From the NCBI GenBank assembly GCA_018660265.1, contig JABJKS010000084.1, forward strand, positions 14,036-78,035: a DNA stretch of 64,000 nucleotides, read 5' to 3'. Shown one piece after another: positions 1 to 10,502 of the stretch (the first letter of the stretch is position 1; each line of letters opens with the position of its first letter). Under the pieces are notes generated by a model, which worked only from the letters and a program-made list of their open reading frames with translations, was not told the origin of the DNA and searched no databases. The position numbers were made by a program, and so were the translations under genes. The stretch is from Rhodospirillaceae bacterium (lineage in GTDB: Bacteria; Pseudomonadota; Alphaproteobacteria; GCA-2731375).

Positions 1-1
1 T

Positions 2-1264
2 GATGCCCATCGTGGCGCAGCCGCCATTCTACCGAAAGGCTACGTTCTGGCTCTGGCCTGGACGGCACTGCGCGATGATGACCTAACGCCCCAGGCTGGT
101 CTGGCCTTCGCAGTGGCGCAGAATTGGGATGATTTTGTCGCAGCGCTGGCGGATTTCCACGCCCCGCAGCAAAATGTGGTTTACGCCGATATCAACGGCA
201 ACATCGGATACATCGCGCCTGGGCGCGTTCCCGTCCGATCAGCGGAGAACAAGGTCATGGGCACCATGCCCCAGCCGGGCTGGCAGGCCAAATATGATTG
301 GCAGGGTATCATTCCCTATGATGAATTGCCCCGTGCCTATAATCCCGGAAACGGCATCATCGCCACGGCGAACCACAAAATTATCGATGATGACTACCCC
401 CATCACATCACCTTCGATTGGGCTGCCGGCTTTCGCGCCCGACGTATCAAGGCCCTGTTGCAGGCGCGCCCGACCCATTCCGTAGATGGCTTTCGCGATA
501 TACAGGCCGATGCAATTTCCCCCTTCGCCCTGGCTGCCCTGCCCAAATTACTGGCGATCAAGCCAAATTCCGAATTAGCGAAAAAAGCCTTTGCGTTGCT
601 GCAACCATGGCAGGGTGAGATGGACCGGGATCAGGCCGCCCCCCTGATCTTTAATGCCTGGATATGGCAGTTTGCCAAACTGATCACGGCAGACGAACTC
701 AGCGGCATTCAGGCGGATGTCTGGGGCCGGCGCGGGCCTTTCGTGCTGCGGGTGTTGCAGGATCGCCCAGCCTGGTGCGATGACAAACGCAGCCAGGAAA
801 TTGAGAGCTGCGACGAAATGCTAGTCCGCGCCCTGGATCTTTCCGTTGCCTGGATTGAAGCACGCCATGGCAGCGATGTCGCGGCCTGGCGCTGGGGCGG
901 GGAGCATATGGCGCGTTCCAGCCATCGTCCCTTCGGCAAGGTCGACTATCTGGCAGATCTGTTCGATACAACCGTGCCCGTTTCGGGCAGTGTCTACACG
1001 GTGAATGTCGGGGATTTCCGGATTTTCGACCCGGATTGGCCCTTTGCATCGATCCATGGCCCCAGTTTGCGCGCGATCTATGACCTGGACGATCCGAACC
1101 GGTCCCTGTTCATTCATTCAACGGGCCAGTCCGGCAATCCTTTATCGGCCCATTACAGTGACATGGCCACGGCCTGGTCCCAGGGCAACTATTTACCCAT
1201 GAGCACCAACGCGGAAGATTATATGGTCGGTGCCATAGGCACCCTGCGCCTAATGCCCCAGTAA
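2..1264 (+). CDS. Penicillin acylase/amidase family protein (Ntn hydrolase), 5'-truncated by the window edge
   Basis: The reading frame is open from nt 2 with no upstream stop. The C-terminal region carries conserved penicillin amidase motifs (GNGIIATANHK..., HGPSLRAIYDL..., HSTGQSGNPLSAHYSD). Confidence 0.8.
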   Translation, partial: DAHRGAAAILPKGYVLALAWTALRDDDLTPQAGLAFAVAQNWDDFVAALADFHAPQQNVVYADINGNIGYIAPGRVPVRSAENKVMGTMPQPGWQAKYDWQGIIPYDELPRAYNPGNGIIATANHKIIDDDYPHHITFDWAAGFRARRIKALLQARPTHSVDGFRDIQADAISPFALAALPKLLAIKPNSELAKKAFALLQPWQGEMDRDQAAPLIFNAWIWQFAKLITADELSGIQADVWGRRGPFVLRVLQDRPAWCDDKRSQEIESCDEMLVRALDLSVAWIEARHGSDVAAWRWGGEHMARSSHRPFGKVDYLADLFDTTVPVSGSVYTVNVGDFRIFDPDWPFASIHGPSLRAIYDLDDPNRSLFIHSTGQSGNPLSAHYSDMATAWSQGNYLPMSTNAEDYMVGAIGTLRLMPQ

Positions 1265-1388
1265 AGCGGCCCCAGTAAGGTGACCCCAGTAAGGCGGCAC
1301 CATAAATCTGAGCCTATACGCCAAGGGTGTTTCAGCGTTAACATGTTGAAGATCACGGGATCGAGATAACCGAGGCGGGAGAGCGAGA

Positions 1389-2453
1389 ATGGCATATTCA
1401 GTATTCGTAGGTGCGGGACAGTGGGTTGGTGTTGCGGATGAGGCTCAGGGTTTCTTCGGCTTTGATCCCGAACAAGGTGAATGGCAAGCCATATCAGAGG
1501 GTCTGCCCGCCACTCTTGAAGTTCGCTATGTCGCCATTCGCCCGGATCAACCGAAAACCGTATACGCGGGCACCCAGGCCGGCCCCTATAGATCCGACGA
1601 TGGCGGGGAAAGTTGGCAGGCCCTGCCATTGCCGGCCGGAACGTCGGAGGAAGACAGTGTTGTCTGGTCCATCTGCCTTGATCCGAACGATCCCGAGACG
1701 GTGTATGTGGGCACCCAGGGCACGACCGTGTTCCGCAGCCGTAATAGTGGCGAAGATTGGCAGCGCCTCGCCATCAGCTCACCCGATGGTGCGCTAAAGG
1801 CGAATTTCCCCATGCGGGTGATCCGCATTTCCGTATCCAACGAGAATTCCGACCATATCATCGTGGCCTTTGAAATCGGCGGTCTGGTGCGCAGCCGCGA
1901 CGGCGGGGAAACCTGGGAGAGTTGCAACAAGGCTCTGTTGGAGATGACGGAACAACCTCATCTGAAAAGCGCCATCGTCTCCGACAATGAAATTGAGGGC
2001 ATGATGGATTCCCACGCCCTGGCTTTGAGCCCCCGTCATCCGGGCACGATCTGGCTGGCCAATCGCATGGGGTTATTCCGCAGCGACGATCAAGGCACGG
2101 ATTGGACCGAATTCGGCATCGGGCGTTTTTCGCCCCTGACCTATGCCCGGGACGTCATGGTCTCGGAGCATGATGCAGACCGCATGTATGCCGCCCTGTC
2201 CGTGGCCGCGACGAGTGATGAAGGCTCGCTCTACCGCAGTGATGATTTCGGCACCACCTGGTCGCGCTTTGATCATGGCGTCTCTATCGACAGCACCTTG
2301 ATGGCCGTGGCGGAAAGCGTCACGACACCGGACAGGGTCTATTGCGCGGCACGGCGGGGACAAATTTTTGGCACGGAAGACGGCGGCAAAAGCTGGCAAA
2401 CCCACCAGCTCCCCAACGGTGTACAAGGCGTCTACGCCCTCGCCTGCGCATAA
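1389..2453 (+). CDS. BNR/Asp-box repeat protein (Ycf48-like / glycosyl-hydrolase-like beta-propeller)
   Basis: Multiple S-x-D-x-G-x-(T/S)-W Asp-box repeats (SDDGGESW, SRDGGETW, SDDQGTDW, SDDFGTTW, EDGGKSW) in a 354-aa ORF. Confidence 0.6.
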   Translation: MAYSVFVGAGQWVGVADEAQGFFGFDPEQGEWQAISEGLPATLEVRYVAIRPDQPKTVYAGTQAGPYRSDDGGESWQALPLPAGTSEEDSVVWSICLDPNDPETVYVGTQGTTVFRSRNSGEDWQRLAISSPDGALKANFPMRVIRISVSNENSDHIIVAFEIGGLVRSRDGGETWESCNKALLEMTEQPHLKSAIVSDNEIEGMMDSHALALSPRHPGTIWLANRMGLFRSDDQGTDWTEFGIGRFSPLTYARDVMVSEHDADRMYAALSVAATSDEGSLYRSDDFGTTWSRFDHGVSIDSTLMAVAESVTTPDRVYCAARRGQIFGTEDGGKSWQTHQLPNGVQGVYALACA

Positions 2454-2553
2454 TGGTCCGCACTTGAGGATTTTCGCCGCAATTGCCGTGGCCGTCACTG
2501 CACTTATCCTGCCGGTCGCTGCGTCATACGGTGACACACTATTTATTGAGGAA

Positions 2554-3222
2554 ATGACGTCCGCGGAAGTGGCGATGGCGTTGCAACGGGGCGTACGAAC
2601 GATAATCGTCCCAACGGGCGGCATCGAACAGGGCGGCCCGCATCTGATCACCGCGAAACACAACCACATAGTGCGCCATACCGCAGCAGCGGTGGCACAG
2701 GGCCTTGGTGATGCCTTGGTCGCGCCTGTCGTGGTCTACGTGCCTCAGGGACAGATCGAACCACCCCAAGGGCACATGAAGTTTCCGGGCACGGTCAGCC
2801 TACCGGAACCGGTTTTTAAAGCGGTGTTGGAGAACATTGCCCGCAGTTTCAAGGCCCACGGCTTCACTGAAATTCTGTTTCTGGGCGATAGCGGCGGCAA
2901 TCAACGCAGTCAAAACGCCGTGGCGGACAAATTGAACCAGGAATGGGCCGGCACGAACACCCGCGCCCTGCATCTATCAGACTATTATGATCCGGAAGCA
3001 AACGGACAGTTCGCCTGGATGCGTCAAAACGGCCTCTCTACCGCCGCCATCCCCGGCCATGGCGACCTGCGGGATACCTCGGAACTCATGGCGGTCTACC
3101 CGAATGGCGTTCGCGGCCAACCCCATGGTGCATCGGCGACCCTGGGCCGCATCTTTCTGGATTTGAAAATCACCGCAGCTCTGTCCCAGGTCCGGCGTTG
3201 GCGGGCCGGGTTCAAGAATTAA
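2554..3222 (+). CDS. Creatininase (creatinine amidohydrolase) family protein; the start is uncertain (alternative TTG near 2464 would add a hydrophobic N-terminus)
   Basis: Family-typical motifs IIVPTGGIEQGGPHL, GDSGGNQ and HG...E. The ATG at 2554 follows the stop of the upstream gene; the ORF frame is open from 2368. Confidence 0.7.
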   Translation: MTSAEVAMALQRGVRTIIVPTGGIEQGGPHLITAKHNHIVRHTAAAVAQGLGDALVAPVVVYVPQGQIEPPQGHMKFPGTVSLPEPVFKAVLENIARSFKAHGFTEILFLGDSGGNQRSQNAVADKLNQEWAGTNTRALHLSDYYDPEANGQFAWMRQNGLSTAAIPGHGDLRDTSELMAVYPNGVRGQPHGASATLGRIFLDLKITAALSQVRRWRAGFKN

Positions 3223-3229
3223 GGAAATT

Positions 3230-3757
3230 CTATTTCGGCCCATACAAACGACGTAGGTGCAGATCGTTGACGGTTACGGTGCCGGCCAAAAGGTCGTGCA
3301 GGCAGCGGCCACGGGGATTAAAGAACGAAACCGCCAAAATCAGAAAATTGGTGAGGGCGACCGAGGCGATAAACAGCACTGTCTGTAGCGCCGCCTGGGC
3401 ATAGCCGGGACGCTGGCCATTCCAGGCCACAACGCGTAAATCCATCACCCGCATACCCACCGTGGCATTCGAGGCACTGCCAATCGTCAGGGTGTGGTAG
3501 GCGAAGGGCAGCAAAAAAGCTGCCAGGCTCAAAACCGGAAACAACAGCCCCAAGGTGATCAAGGCAAAAAAGCTGCCGAAAATCCACAATGCCAGCCATA
3601 AACAGACGATAATTGCCAGATCGATGCCGTAGGCAATCAGACGTTTGATCCGAATACCGTCGTAAAGTTCCGGCGCATCAAGGGCATTTGGTGCCTCTTC
3701 CGCCCAGAACTGCTGGCCACGGTCTTTATCAAGCTTAGCTATGGATATCGCGCGCAC
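3230..3757 (-). CDS. RDD family membrane protein
   Basis: 175-aa ORF with three predicted TM helices and an RDD-like R...D..D arrangement. The call is by architecture only. Confidence 0.55.
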   Translation of the reverse strand: MRAISIAKLDKDRGQQFWAEEAPNALDAPELYDGIRIKRLIAYGIDLAIIVCLWLALWIFGSFFALITLGLLFPVLSLAAFLLPFAYHTLTIGSASNATVGMRVMDLRVVAWNGQRPGYAQAALQTVLFIASVALTNFLILAVSFFNPRGRCLHDLLAGTVTVNDLHLRRLYGPK

Positions 3758-3865
3758 CTTGAAACCCTTCCCTTTGCATCATCGTTATCATGACAGATAG
3801 GGTTATATTACCTCAATGCCACTCGGATTTCTGGATGGGAAGTCCGGACGGCCCGGATATTGCCG

Positions 3866-4798
3866 CTAATTATCGATGGGACCAGGGGGTGCGGATGGCG
3901 TAATCGCGGCCTCTCGCAGCAGTACGATTGAAATACGGCGATTGGTCGGCAGGGTTGGATCCTCGGGCACCAAGGGCTCGGTCGCCGCCTTGCCGCTGAC
4001 GGTGGCGATACGGCTTATGGGCACGCCAAAATCAACCAGGGCCCGGCGGGACGCATTGGCGCGTTCGGCGGAAAGCTCCCAGTTGCTGTAACCATTCCGA
4101 CCCCGAAAAGGCACCGAGTCCGTATGGCCGGAAATAGCAATCTGGTTTGGCATCCGATGGATAATGTCGGCTACCGTTTCCAGTATCTTTTTCAGATTTT
4201 CCTGCATTTTTGAACCGCCGGAGGGAAACATCGAGGTGTTTTCCGCGTCCACCAACTGAATACGCATGCCTTCGGGCGTATTATCAATAATCAAATTCTG
4301 CGCCATATCCGCTAGACCGGGCGAATCGTTCATGGCCTCGCGCAAGGCTTCCTCGGCCTTATCAAACTCTTCCTGTTCCCGCTCCGCCATCTGTTGGAGG
4401 AGTTCCTCTTCCTCCAACTCACCGGATTCTTGCCCCGCCTCACCCTCTCTGTCCGCCTCATCTTCCGCGGCAGGCTTTCGTTGCCGGGGCGGTGTCATCT
4501 CCATCACAACCGTTGGCGGCGAGTTTTGTCCAACCCGGGCACCTTCCACCGACATCGACGTACCGCCCATGAGACCGCCACTGCCCGATGTGGATTTAGA
4601 TGCAGCGGATGGTGCGAAATAGTCAGCTATGCCATGTCTCTGTTCATCCGTGGTCACATTCAACAGCCACAGCAGTAGAAAAAAGGCCATCATCGCGGTC
4701 ACAAAATCCGCATAAGCAACCTTCCACGCGCCACCGTGATGGCCACCGCCACCCTTGACGATCTTCTTAATTACAATTGTGCCTTGGCCGTTTGACAT
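3866..4798 (-). CDS. motB: Flagellar motor stator protein MotB (OmpA-like C-terminal peptidoglycan-binding domain)
   Basis: N-terminus WKVAYADFVTAMMAFFLLLWLL is the canonical MotB TM/plug region. The C-terminal OmpA-like domain reads ISGHTDSVPF...NWELSAERA. An acidic Glu-rich linker separates them. Confidence 0.85.
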   Translation of the reverse strand: MSNGQGTIVIKKIVKGGGGHHGGAWKVAYADFVTAMMAFFLLLWLLNVTTDEQRHGIADYFAPSAASKSTSGSGGLMGGTSMSVEGARVGQNSPPTVVMEMTPPRQRKPAAEDEADREGEAGQESGELEEEELLQQMAEREQEEFDKAEEALREAMNDSPGLADMAQNLIIDNTPEGMRIQLVDAENTSMFPSGGSKMQENLKKILETVADIIHRMPNQIAISGHTDSVPFRGRNGYSNWELSAERANASRRALVDFGVPISRIATVSGKAATEPLVPEDPTLPTNRRISIVLLREAAITPSAPPGPIDN

Positions 4799-4856
4799 GT
4801 CTTATTCTGCCGCGATCCAGATATCCATTAAGTCTGCCCGCCCCCTAAGTCAGCGC

Positions 4857-5714
4857 CTAAGCCGGTGCCAATTCAGAGGTCGCATCCTCCAATTCCGTAA
4901 ACGACGGCCGGTCGTGGCTCGCCAAGGTCTTGCGCGCGAATTCAACGGAGATCGCCGGGGCATAGCCCTGAACATGGGCCAGCACACCAGCCTTCATACA
5001 CTCCAGGTATTTGAATTCCGCATCACAATAACTGGTCAGATAGGCTCCCATGGGGCTGACCACGCCATAGGCCATAAAAATGCCGAAAAACGTGCCGACC
5101 AGGGCAGCACCGATCAATCCACCCAGAACTTCGGGCGGTTCCGAGATAGAGCCCATGGTGACGATAACGCCCAACACCGCCGCTACGATGCCAAAGGCAG
5201 GAAGCCCTTCGCCCAAACCTGCAACTGCATGGGCAACTGAATGGGCCTCATGTTTACGGGATTCAATATCCTCGTCCATCATAGCTTCAAGCTCATGAGG
5301 ATTCTCCGTGCCCATGGTGATCAGGCGTAAGGTATCGCAAAGGAAATCAGAGGCATCATGGTTCTTCATAAAAGTCGGATAAATGGAGAAAATGGCACTT
5401 TCATCCGGGTTTTCAATATGGGCTTCCAAAGCCAAGGCACCCTTACTTTTCGCCAGCTTGAACAGGGAAAACTGCAGACATAACAGCTCCACATAATCCT
5501 GTTTTCCATAGGGCGCGCTTTTCAGCAGCCGGCCCAGATGCTTGCCCGTGGCCATGGTTACGTCTTTCGGGTTGGAAATGATGAACCCACCCACTGCCGC
5601 GCCCAAAATGATCAGGAATTCTAATGGTTGCCAGAGCACCCGGAAGTCTCCATGCGGTGCATAACCGCCAGCCACGGAGCCAAAAACCACTACTAATCCA
5701 ATTATGAAAAACAT
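4857..5714 (-). CDS. motA: Flagellar motor stator protein MotA
   Basis: 285-aa four-TM protein with conserved MotA/TolQ/ExbB motifs. It lies immediately upstream of, and co-oriented with, motB. Confidence 0.9.
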   Translation of the reverse strand: MFFIIGLVVVFGSVAGGYAPHGDFRVLWQPLEFLIILGAAVGGFIISNPKDVTMATGKHLGRLLKSAPYGKQDYVELLCLQFSLFKLAKSKGALALEAHIENPDESAIFSIYPTFMKNHDASDFLCDTLRLITMGTENPHELEAMMDEDIESRKHEAHSVAHAVAGLGEGLPAFGIVAAVLGVIVTMGSISEPPEVLGGLIGAALVGTFFGIFMAYGVVSPMGAYLTSYCDAEFKYLECMKAGVLAHVQGYAPAISVEFARKTLASHDRPSFTELEDATSELAPA

Positions 5715-6070
5715 TTATCGTCCACTAATTTATGCCTAAAACAACGCCAGGGCAGCAATAGTCCGCAAGACCACTTCGTCCAGTCTGGATGCTGGGCAAA
5801 TAAGGTTAAGATAGCGTTAGCTTAAGTCCCGGTCAGCGTTGATTATTTCGGACATTTGCCTTTGCGCGCCTCTGTATGGAAAGCGCCCCTGATACAAGTC
5901 AGTTGGGATTATTTGCCTTTTGCTGCGTCAAAAATCTCGAATGTCGTGGATTTTCCGCGCAATCATTCTAAAATTGCTTCATGCAGCGTGACCGTTGCGG
6001 CGACAGTTCAAAGCAGGGGCAATGAAGCGCCGCAGCGAATGTGTGATAAGTGGGGAGCATAACCGTCATC

Positions 6071-6568
6071 ATGAAAATTCAAGAGACTGTGCAGATTGAT
6101 CAACGGGCTTTTCGAGATGCCATGGGCTGTTTTGCCTCTGCTGTCACAGTGATCTCCACCACGACAAAAGACGGCCAAGCCGTCGGTACCACTGTAAATT
6201 CATTCAATTCCGTTTCTTTGGATCCGCCCTTGGTGTTGTTTTGCCTGGGCCGGGAGGCGACGAATTTTGATCACTTTATGTCTTCGGGCCGATTTGCCGT
6301 AAATATTCTGCGCCAGGATCAGGATCATATCTCAACCGGGTTCGCATCCGATGGTTCAAATTTTTTCCAGACGTTGGAGAGCGAGACCTCCAACCTGGGC
6401 AATCCCCTGGTACCCAACACTCTGGCGACATTTGATTGTGAAATAGATGCCATCCACGATGGCGGCGATCATATCATCCTGATCGGGCGGGTCAGCGAAT
6501 TGCGGCACGATCCCGAAGGCGACCCCTTGCTATACTATCGCGGTCGCTACGGCGCGGTGACGACCTAA
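6071..6568 (+). CDS. Flavin reductase (NAD(P)H:FMN oxidoreductase, HpaC-like) family protein
   Basis: FASAVTVISTT...GTTVNSFNSVSLDPPLVLFCL is the typical flavin reductase domain signature. An alternative start exists at 6050. Confidence 0.8.
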   Translation: MKIQETVQIDQRAFRDAMGCFASAVTVISTTTKDGQAVGTTVNSFNSVSLDPPLVLFCLGREATNFDHFMSSGRFAVNILRQDQDHISTGFASDGSNFFQTLESETSNLGNPLVPNTLATFDCEIDAIHDGGDHIILIGRVSELRHDPEGDPLLYYRGRYGAVTT

Positions 6569-6578
6569 GAACACTTAG

Positions 6579-7805
6579 TCAACCAGCGTCCGGCGTATCT
6601 ATCAATTCCCGTACTTTGTAGCCGGCGGCACTTATGGCAGTGGTAATGTCTTCAATATGATCCCGGTCCCGGCTTTCCAGAACCAAGTCCAGCTCCGCCA
6701 GCTTCGCAGGGACTCCGGGGAAATTTCGTTGATGTTGCACTTCCAGGATATTGCCCCCCGCATCGCCAACCAATTGCGCCACCTTGGCCAGTGCACCTGG
6801 CCGGTCACTGATTTCCACCCGCATGCGGGTTATCCGACCGGACCGGATCAGGCCGCGCAACAGGATGGATGACAGCATGCGGGTATCAATATTACCGCCG
6901 CACAGGATCAACCCCACAACCCGGCCCTTAAAGCGTTCCCGATTGGCCAATAGTGCGGCTAAACCGGCCGCACCCGCTCCTTCGGTCACGGTTTTCTCCA
7001 CCGTGATCAAAAGATCTATGGCCTGTTCAAAATTCTCTTCCGAGAGCAATAATATATCACTGACCAGTTCATCAATGATCGGCAATGTCAGGTTGCCCGG
7101 CTGAGACACCGCGATACCTTCGGCAATGGTCTGCCCGCCGCAATCATTGGCCAGGCCATGACGGGCCTGATAGGCGGATGGATATAGCTGACTTTCGACG
7201 CCGATAATCGCGATGTCCGGCTTGATGGCCCGGGCCGCGATGGCATTGCCGGCGATCAGACCGCCGCCGCCAATGGGCACGATCAAAGTATCGATCTGGG
7301 GTGCAACTGCCAGCATTTCCAAGGCGATGGTGCCTTGTCCGGCAATGATCGCAGGATCATTGTAAGGATGGATATAGGTCAGGTTCCGTTGCGCACAGAT
7401 TTCCGCAGCGCTGATTGCAGCTTCATCCACTGTATCCCCTGAAAGTATGATTTCCGCACCCAGATCCCGGGTCTGGCGTACTTTCACATTCGGGGTGCCC
7501 ACGGGCATGACGATTGTGGCCGGCACGCCCAGGCGTTTGGCATGATAGGCCACGCCCTGGGCATGATTTCCGGCGGAATTTGCGATTACACCTGCCGCCC
7601 GCGCCGTTTCATCCAGCTGAAGCAGTTTGATCAACGCGCCGCGGTCTTTGAACGAGCCGGTGAATTGCAGATTCTCGAATTTCAGATAGACCTCCGCACC
7701 GGTGATCTGCGATAGGGTCTGGGAATGGGAGCACGGGGTCTCGACCACAATCCCGGCCATTTGCGCCTGCGCCCGGCGAATGTCTTCGTAGCTGACTTGA
7801 TGCAT
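6579..7805 (-). CDS. ilvA: Threonine ammonia-lyase (threonine dehydratase) with a C-terminal regulatory ACT-like domain
   Basis: PLP-binding motif GSFKDRGA and SAGNHAQGVA. The C-terminal ~80 aa form an ACT-like regulatory domain. The start is assigned to the internal Met (MHQVSYEDI) at 7805. Confidence 0.9.
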   Translation of the reverse strand: MHQVSYEDIRRAQAQMAGIVVETPCSHSQTLSQITGAEVYLKFENLQFTGSFKDRGALIKLLQLDETARAAGVIANSAGNHAQGVAYHAKRLGVPATIVMPVGTPNVKVRQTRDLGAEIILSGDTVDEAAISAAEICAQRNLTYIHPYNDPAIIAGQGTIALEMLAVAPQIDTLIVPIGGGGLIAGNAIAARAIKPDIAIIGVESQLYPSAYQARHGLANDCGGQTIAEGIAVSQPGNLTLPIIDELVSDILLLSEENFEQAIDLLITVEKTVTEGAGAAGLAALLANRERFKGRVVGLILCGGNIDTRMLSSILLRGLIRSGRITRMRVEISDRPGALAKVAQLVGDAGGNILEVQHQRNFPGVPAKLAELDLVLESRDRDHIEDITTAISAAGYKVRELIDTPDAG

Positions 7806-7884
7806 CTTTTGTCCATCCCCTTTGAAAACTTCAACGTAGACCATTAACTTGCACATTCACCCTATCGATGGCCATGATAGAACC

Positions 7885-9723
7885 ATGATGGTGATAGATC
7901 CCAGCTGGCAAATGTGGGCGACCTTCGCGCTGATCGCAGGTGCCATTGTGCTGTACGCAACAGAGAGGTTCCCACTCGAACAGACCTCTTTGGCATTGCT
8001 GACCGCGCTATTGTTGCTGTTTCATTTTGCCCCCCTTGACGTTGACGGGAAAAATTTGGATGCCCGCGCGCTGTTGGCAGGTTTCGCTGATCCGGCCCTG
8101 ATCGCTGTACTCGCCTTAATGGTCGTTGGCCAAGGTCTGATACGCACCGGGGCCCTGGACGAAGGCATCCGCTGGATTAGCCAGCGTTTTCAGCGCACCC
8201 CGGCCCTGGCCATGATGCTGATCTTGGTGATCATCGCCACTCTGAGCGCATTTATCAACAATACGCCCATTGTGGTGATCTTTATTCCCGTCATGGCCGC
8301 CGTCGCCGAACGGCTGAACCGGGGGCCGTCGCGTCTGATGATGCCGTTGAGTTTTGCAGCCATTCTGGGCGGCATGGTGACCTTGATCGGCTCTTCAACA
8401 AACTTGCTGGTGGCTGGCGCCGCAGCGAGCATGGGGCAGCCATCTTTGGGGTTTTTCGATTTTGCCGTACCGGGCAGCCTGCTGGCGGTTGTGGGTTTGT
8501 GCTATGTCGTATGGATCCTGCCACGCCTGTTGCCCGAACGCGCCTCCATGGCGAGCGAGATCGCGGGAGAGGGTAAGCAATTCATCGCCCAAATTGACGT
8601 TCGCCCCGGCTCCCCCCTGGTGGGGCAGGCGGCGGTTGCGGGGATGATCCCGCATCTGCAAGGCATGACCGTGCGCCTGATACAGCGGGGGGAGGAAAGT
8701 CACCTGCCCCCGTTTGAAGACGTGATCCTACGCCCCGGCGACACAGTGGTGGTTGCGGCAACCCGAAACCTGTTGACAGAGGCCCTGGAACGCACGCCCG
8801 AGCTTGTCGAAACCGGAGACAGTGCAGAGGCGGGCGACGAACACGCCGACGCCTCCCGTACCCCGGCCAACAGCGTGCTGGCGGAGGTCATGGTCACGCC
8901 GGCTTCCCGTGTTATTGGGCGCAATCTTCGCCTGGTAGGGTTTCATTATCATACCGGCTGCGTCATCCTCGGCGTACAGCGCCGCTCTCGCATGGTGCGC
9001 GGACGGATGGAGGATATTCGTTTGGAGGCAGGCGACGTCCTGTTAGTTCTGGGGCCCCGTGAACGGGTAACCGATCTGCGTTTCAGCCGCGAAGTATTAT
9101 TGATCGAATGGTCCACCCACGAACTGCCGTCCCGGCGACGGGCCAAGGCAGCTTTGGCTGTTTTCGCTGGCGTCGTGGCCATCGCCGCAACGGGTCTGGT
9201 ACCCATCGCTCTGGCGGCGCTGTTGGGTGCCGTGGCGATGATCGGGCTCGGTTGCCTCAACGTTCGCCAGGCGGCCCGCGCCGTGGACCGGCAGGTGGCA
9301 ATGCTGGTGGCCGCAGCCCTGGCCATGGGCACGGCGTTGCAGGCCACGGGGGGTGCGGCCTATTTGGCGCAACATTTAATCGATGCCTTGGCACACGCGG
9401 GGCCCGCCGTGTTACTGTCCGCTCTGTTCGCCCTGGTCGCGGTCCTGACCAACGTGCTGTCGAATGCCGCGACCGCTGTTTTATTCACGCCGATCGCCAT
9501 TAACACCGCCCTTGCCTTGGGTGTGGAACCGACTGCCTTTATTCACGCGGTCATTTTCGCGGCCAATTGTTCCTTCGCCACGCCCATGGGTTACCAAACG
9601 AATTTGCTGGTTATGGGCCCCGGTCATTATCGCTTTAGCGATTATTTTCGTGGAGGTTTACCCTTGATCGTGTTGATTTGGCTTGCTTTTTCCCTATTTG
9701 CACCATGGTATTATGGATTCTGA
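7885..9723 (+). CDS. DASS/SLC13-type anion permease with two central TrkA-C (RCK_C) domains
   Basis: Permease TM halves at the N- and C-termini flank two soluble ~80-aa TrkA-C-like segments (e.g. VRLIQRGEES...GDTVVVAA and GRMEDIRLEAGDVLLVLG). The start is ambiguous between 7849, 7885 and 7912. Confidence 0.75.
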   Translation: MMVIDPSWQMWATFALIAGAIVLYATERFPLEQTSLALLTALLLLFHFAPLDVDGKNLDARALLAGFADPALIAVLALMVVGQGLIRTGALDEGIRWISQRFQRTPALAMMLILVIIATLSAFINNTPIVVIFIPVMAAVAERLNRGPSRLMMPLSFAAILGGMVTLIGSSTNLLVAGAAASMGQPSLGFFDFAVPGSLLAVVGLCYVVWILPRLLPERASMASEIAGEGKQFIAQIDVRPGSPLVGQAAVAGMIPHLQGMTVRLIQRGEESHLPPFEDVILRPGDTVVVAATRNLLTEALERTPELVETGDSAEAGDEHADASRTPANSVLAEVMVTPASRVIGRNLRLVGFHYHTGCVILGVQRRSRMVRGRMEDIRLEAGDVLLVLGPRERVTDLRFSREVLLIEWSTHELPSRRRAKAALAVFAGVVAIAATGLVPIALAALLGAVAMIGLGCLNVRQAARAVDRQVAMLVAAALAMGTALQATGGAAYLAQHLIDALAHAGPAVLLSALFALVAVLTNVLSNAATAVLFTPIAINTALALGVEPTAFIHAVIFAANCSFATPMGYQTNLLVMGPGHYRFSDYFRGGLPLIVLIWLAFSLFAPWYYGF

Positions 9724-9748
9724 AACAAAATTAGTGTAATTCGATTCC

Positions 9749-10471
9749 ATGAAACCGTTTTCGCCGCAATCTTTGACCTATTTTTTCCTCTCCCGCGCCT
9801 CTGCCTGTCCCTATCTGGAAGGCCGGGTGGAGCAGATGGTGTTTACGGATCTGTCCGCTGCCGGCGCGCCGCAGGAATTGCACAACCAACTTTCCCGCGC
9901 CGGGTTTCGCCGCAGCCAGGGCATCGCCTATAAACCCAACTGCCAGGACTGCAACGCTTGCCAGGCCGTCCGGGTGCCCGTGGAACGCTTTGCCTCCTCG
10001 CGCAGCCTGAACCGGATTGCCCGGCGCAATGCCGGTATCACGGCGACGGTGCTGCCGCCGAAAGGCCGGGGCGAACATTATGCCCTGTTCCATCGTTACG
10101 TGGCCTCCCGCCACGGCGACGGCGGCATGGCGGGGATGAGCTTTGATGACTATCTGGCCATGGTCCAGGACACGCCCGTGCCGTCGGAGTTGATTGAGTT
10201 CCGGACAGCGGACGGCGATTTATACGGCGTCTGCCTGACCGACCTGTTGGATGACGGCCTGTCGCTTGTCTATAGTATATTCGATCCCGACATGGCCGCC
10301 GACAGCCCCGGCAAATACATCATCCTATGGCATATTGAAGAGGCCAAACGGCGCGGCCTGCCGCACGTTTATTTGGGCTATTGGATCGAGGAAAGCCGTA
10401 AGATGGCCTACAAAGCCCGCTTCCGCCCGCTGGAGGCCCACGGCCCCGACGGTTGGAGCCAAATCAAATAG
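9749..10471 (+). CDS. bpt: Aspartate/glutamate leucyltransferase (arginyl-tRNA-protein transferase family, bacterial Bpt)
   Basis: N-terminal conserved Cys cluster (CPYL, C..C..C) and the C-terminal ATE_C-like region (YLGYWI) typical of Bpt. Confidence 0.85.
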   Translation: MKPFSPQSLTYFFLSRASACPYLEGRVEQMVFTDLSAAGAPQELHNQLSRAGFRRSQGIAYKPNCQDCNACQAVRVPVERFASSRSLNRIARRNAGITATVLPPKGRGEHYALFHRYVASRHGDGGMAGMSFDDYLAMVQDTPVPSELIEFRTADGDLYGVCLTDLLDDGLSLVYSIFDPDMAADSPGKYIILWHIEEAKRRGLPHVYLGYWIEESRKMAYKARFRPLEAHGPDGWSQIK

Positions 10472-10502
10472 CTTTAATTAATTTTCGTTAGGAGACGACA
10501 AC

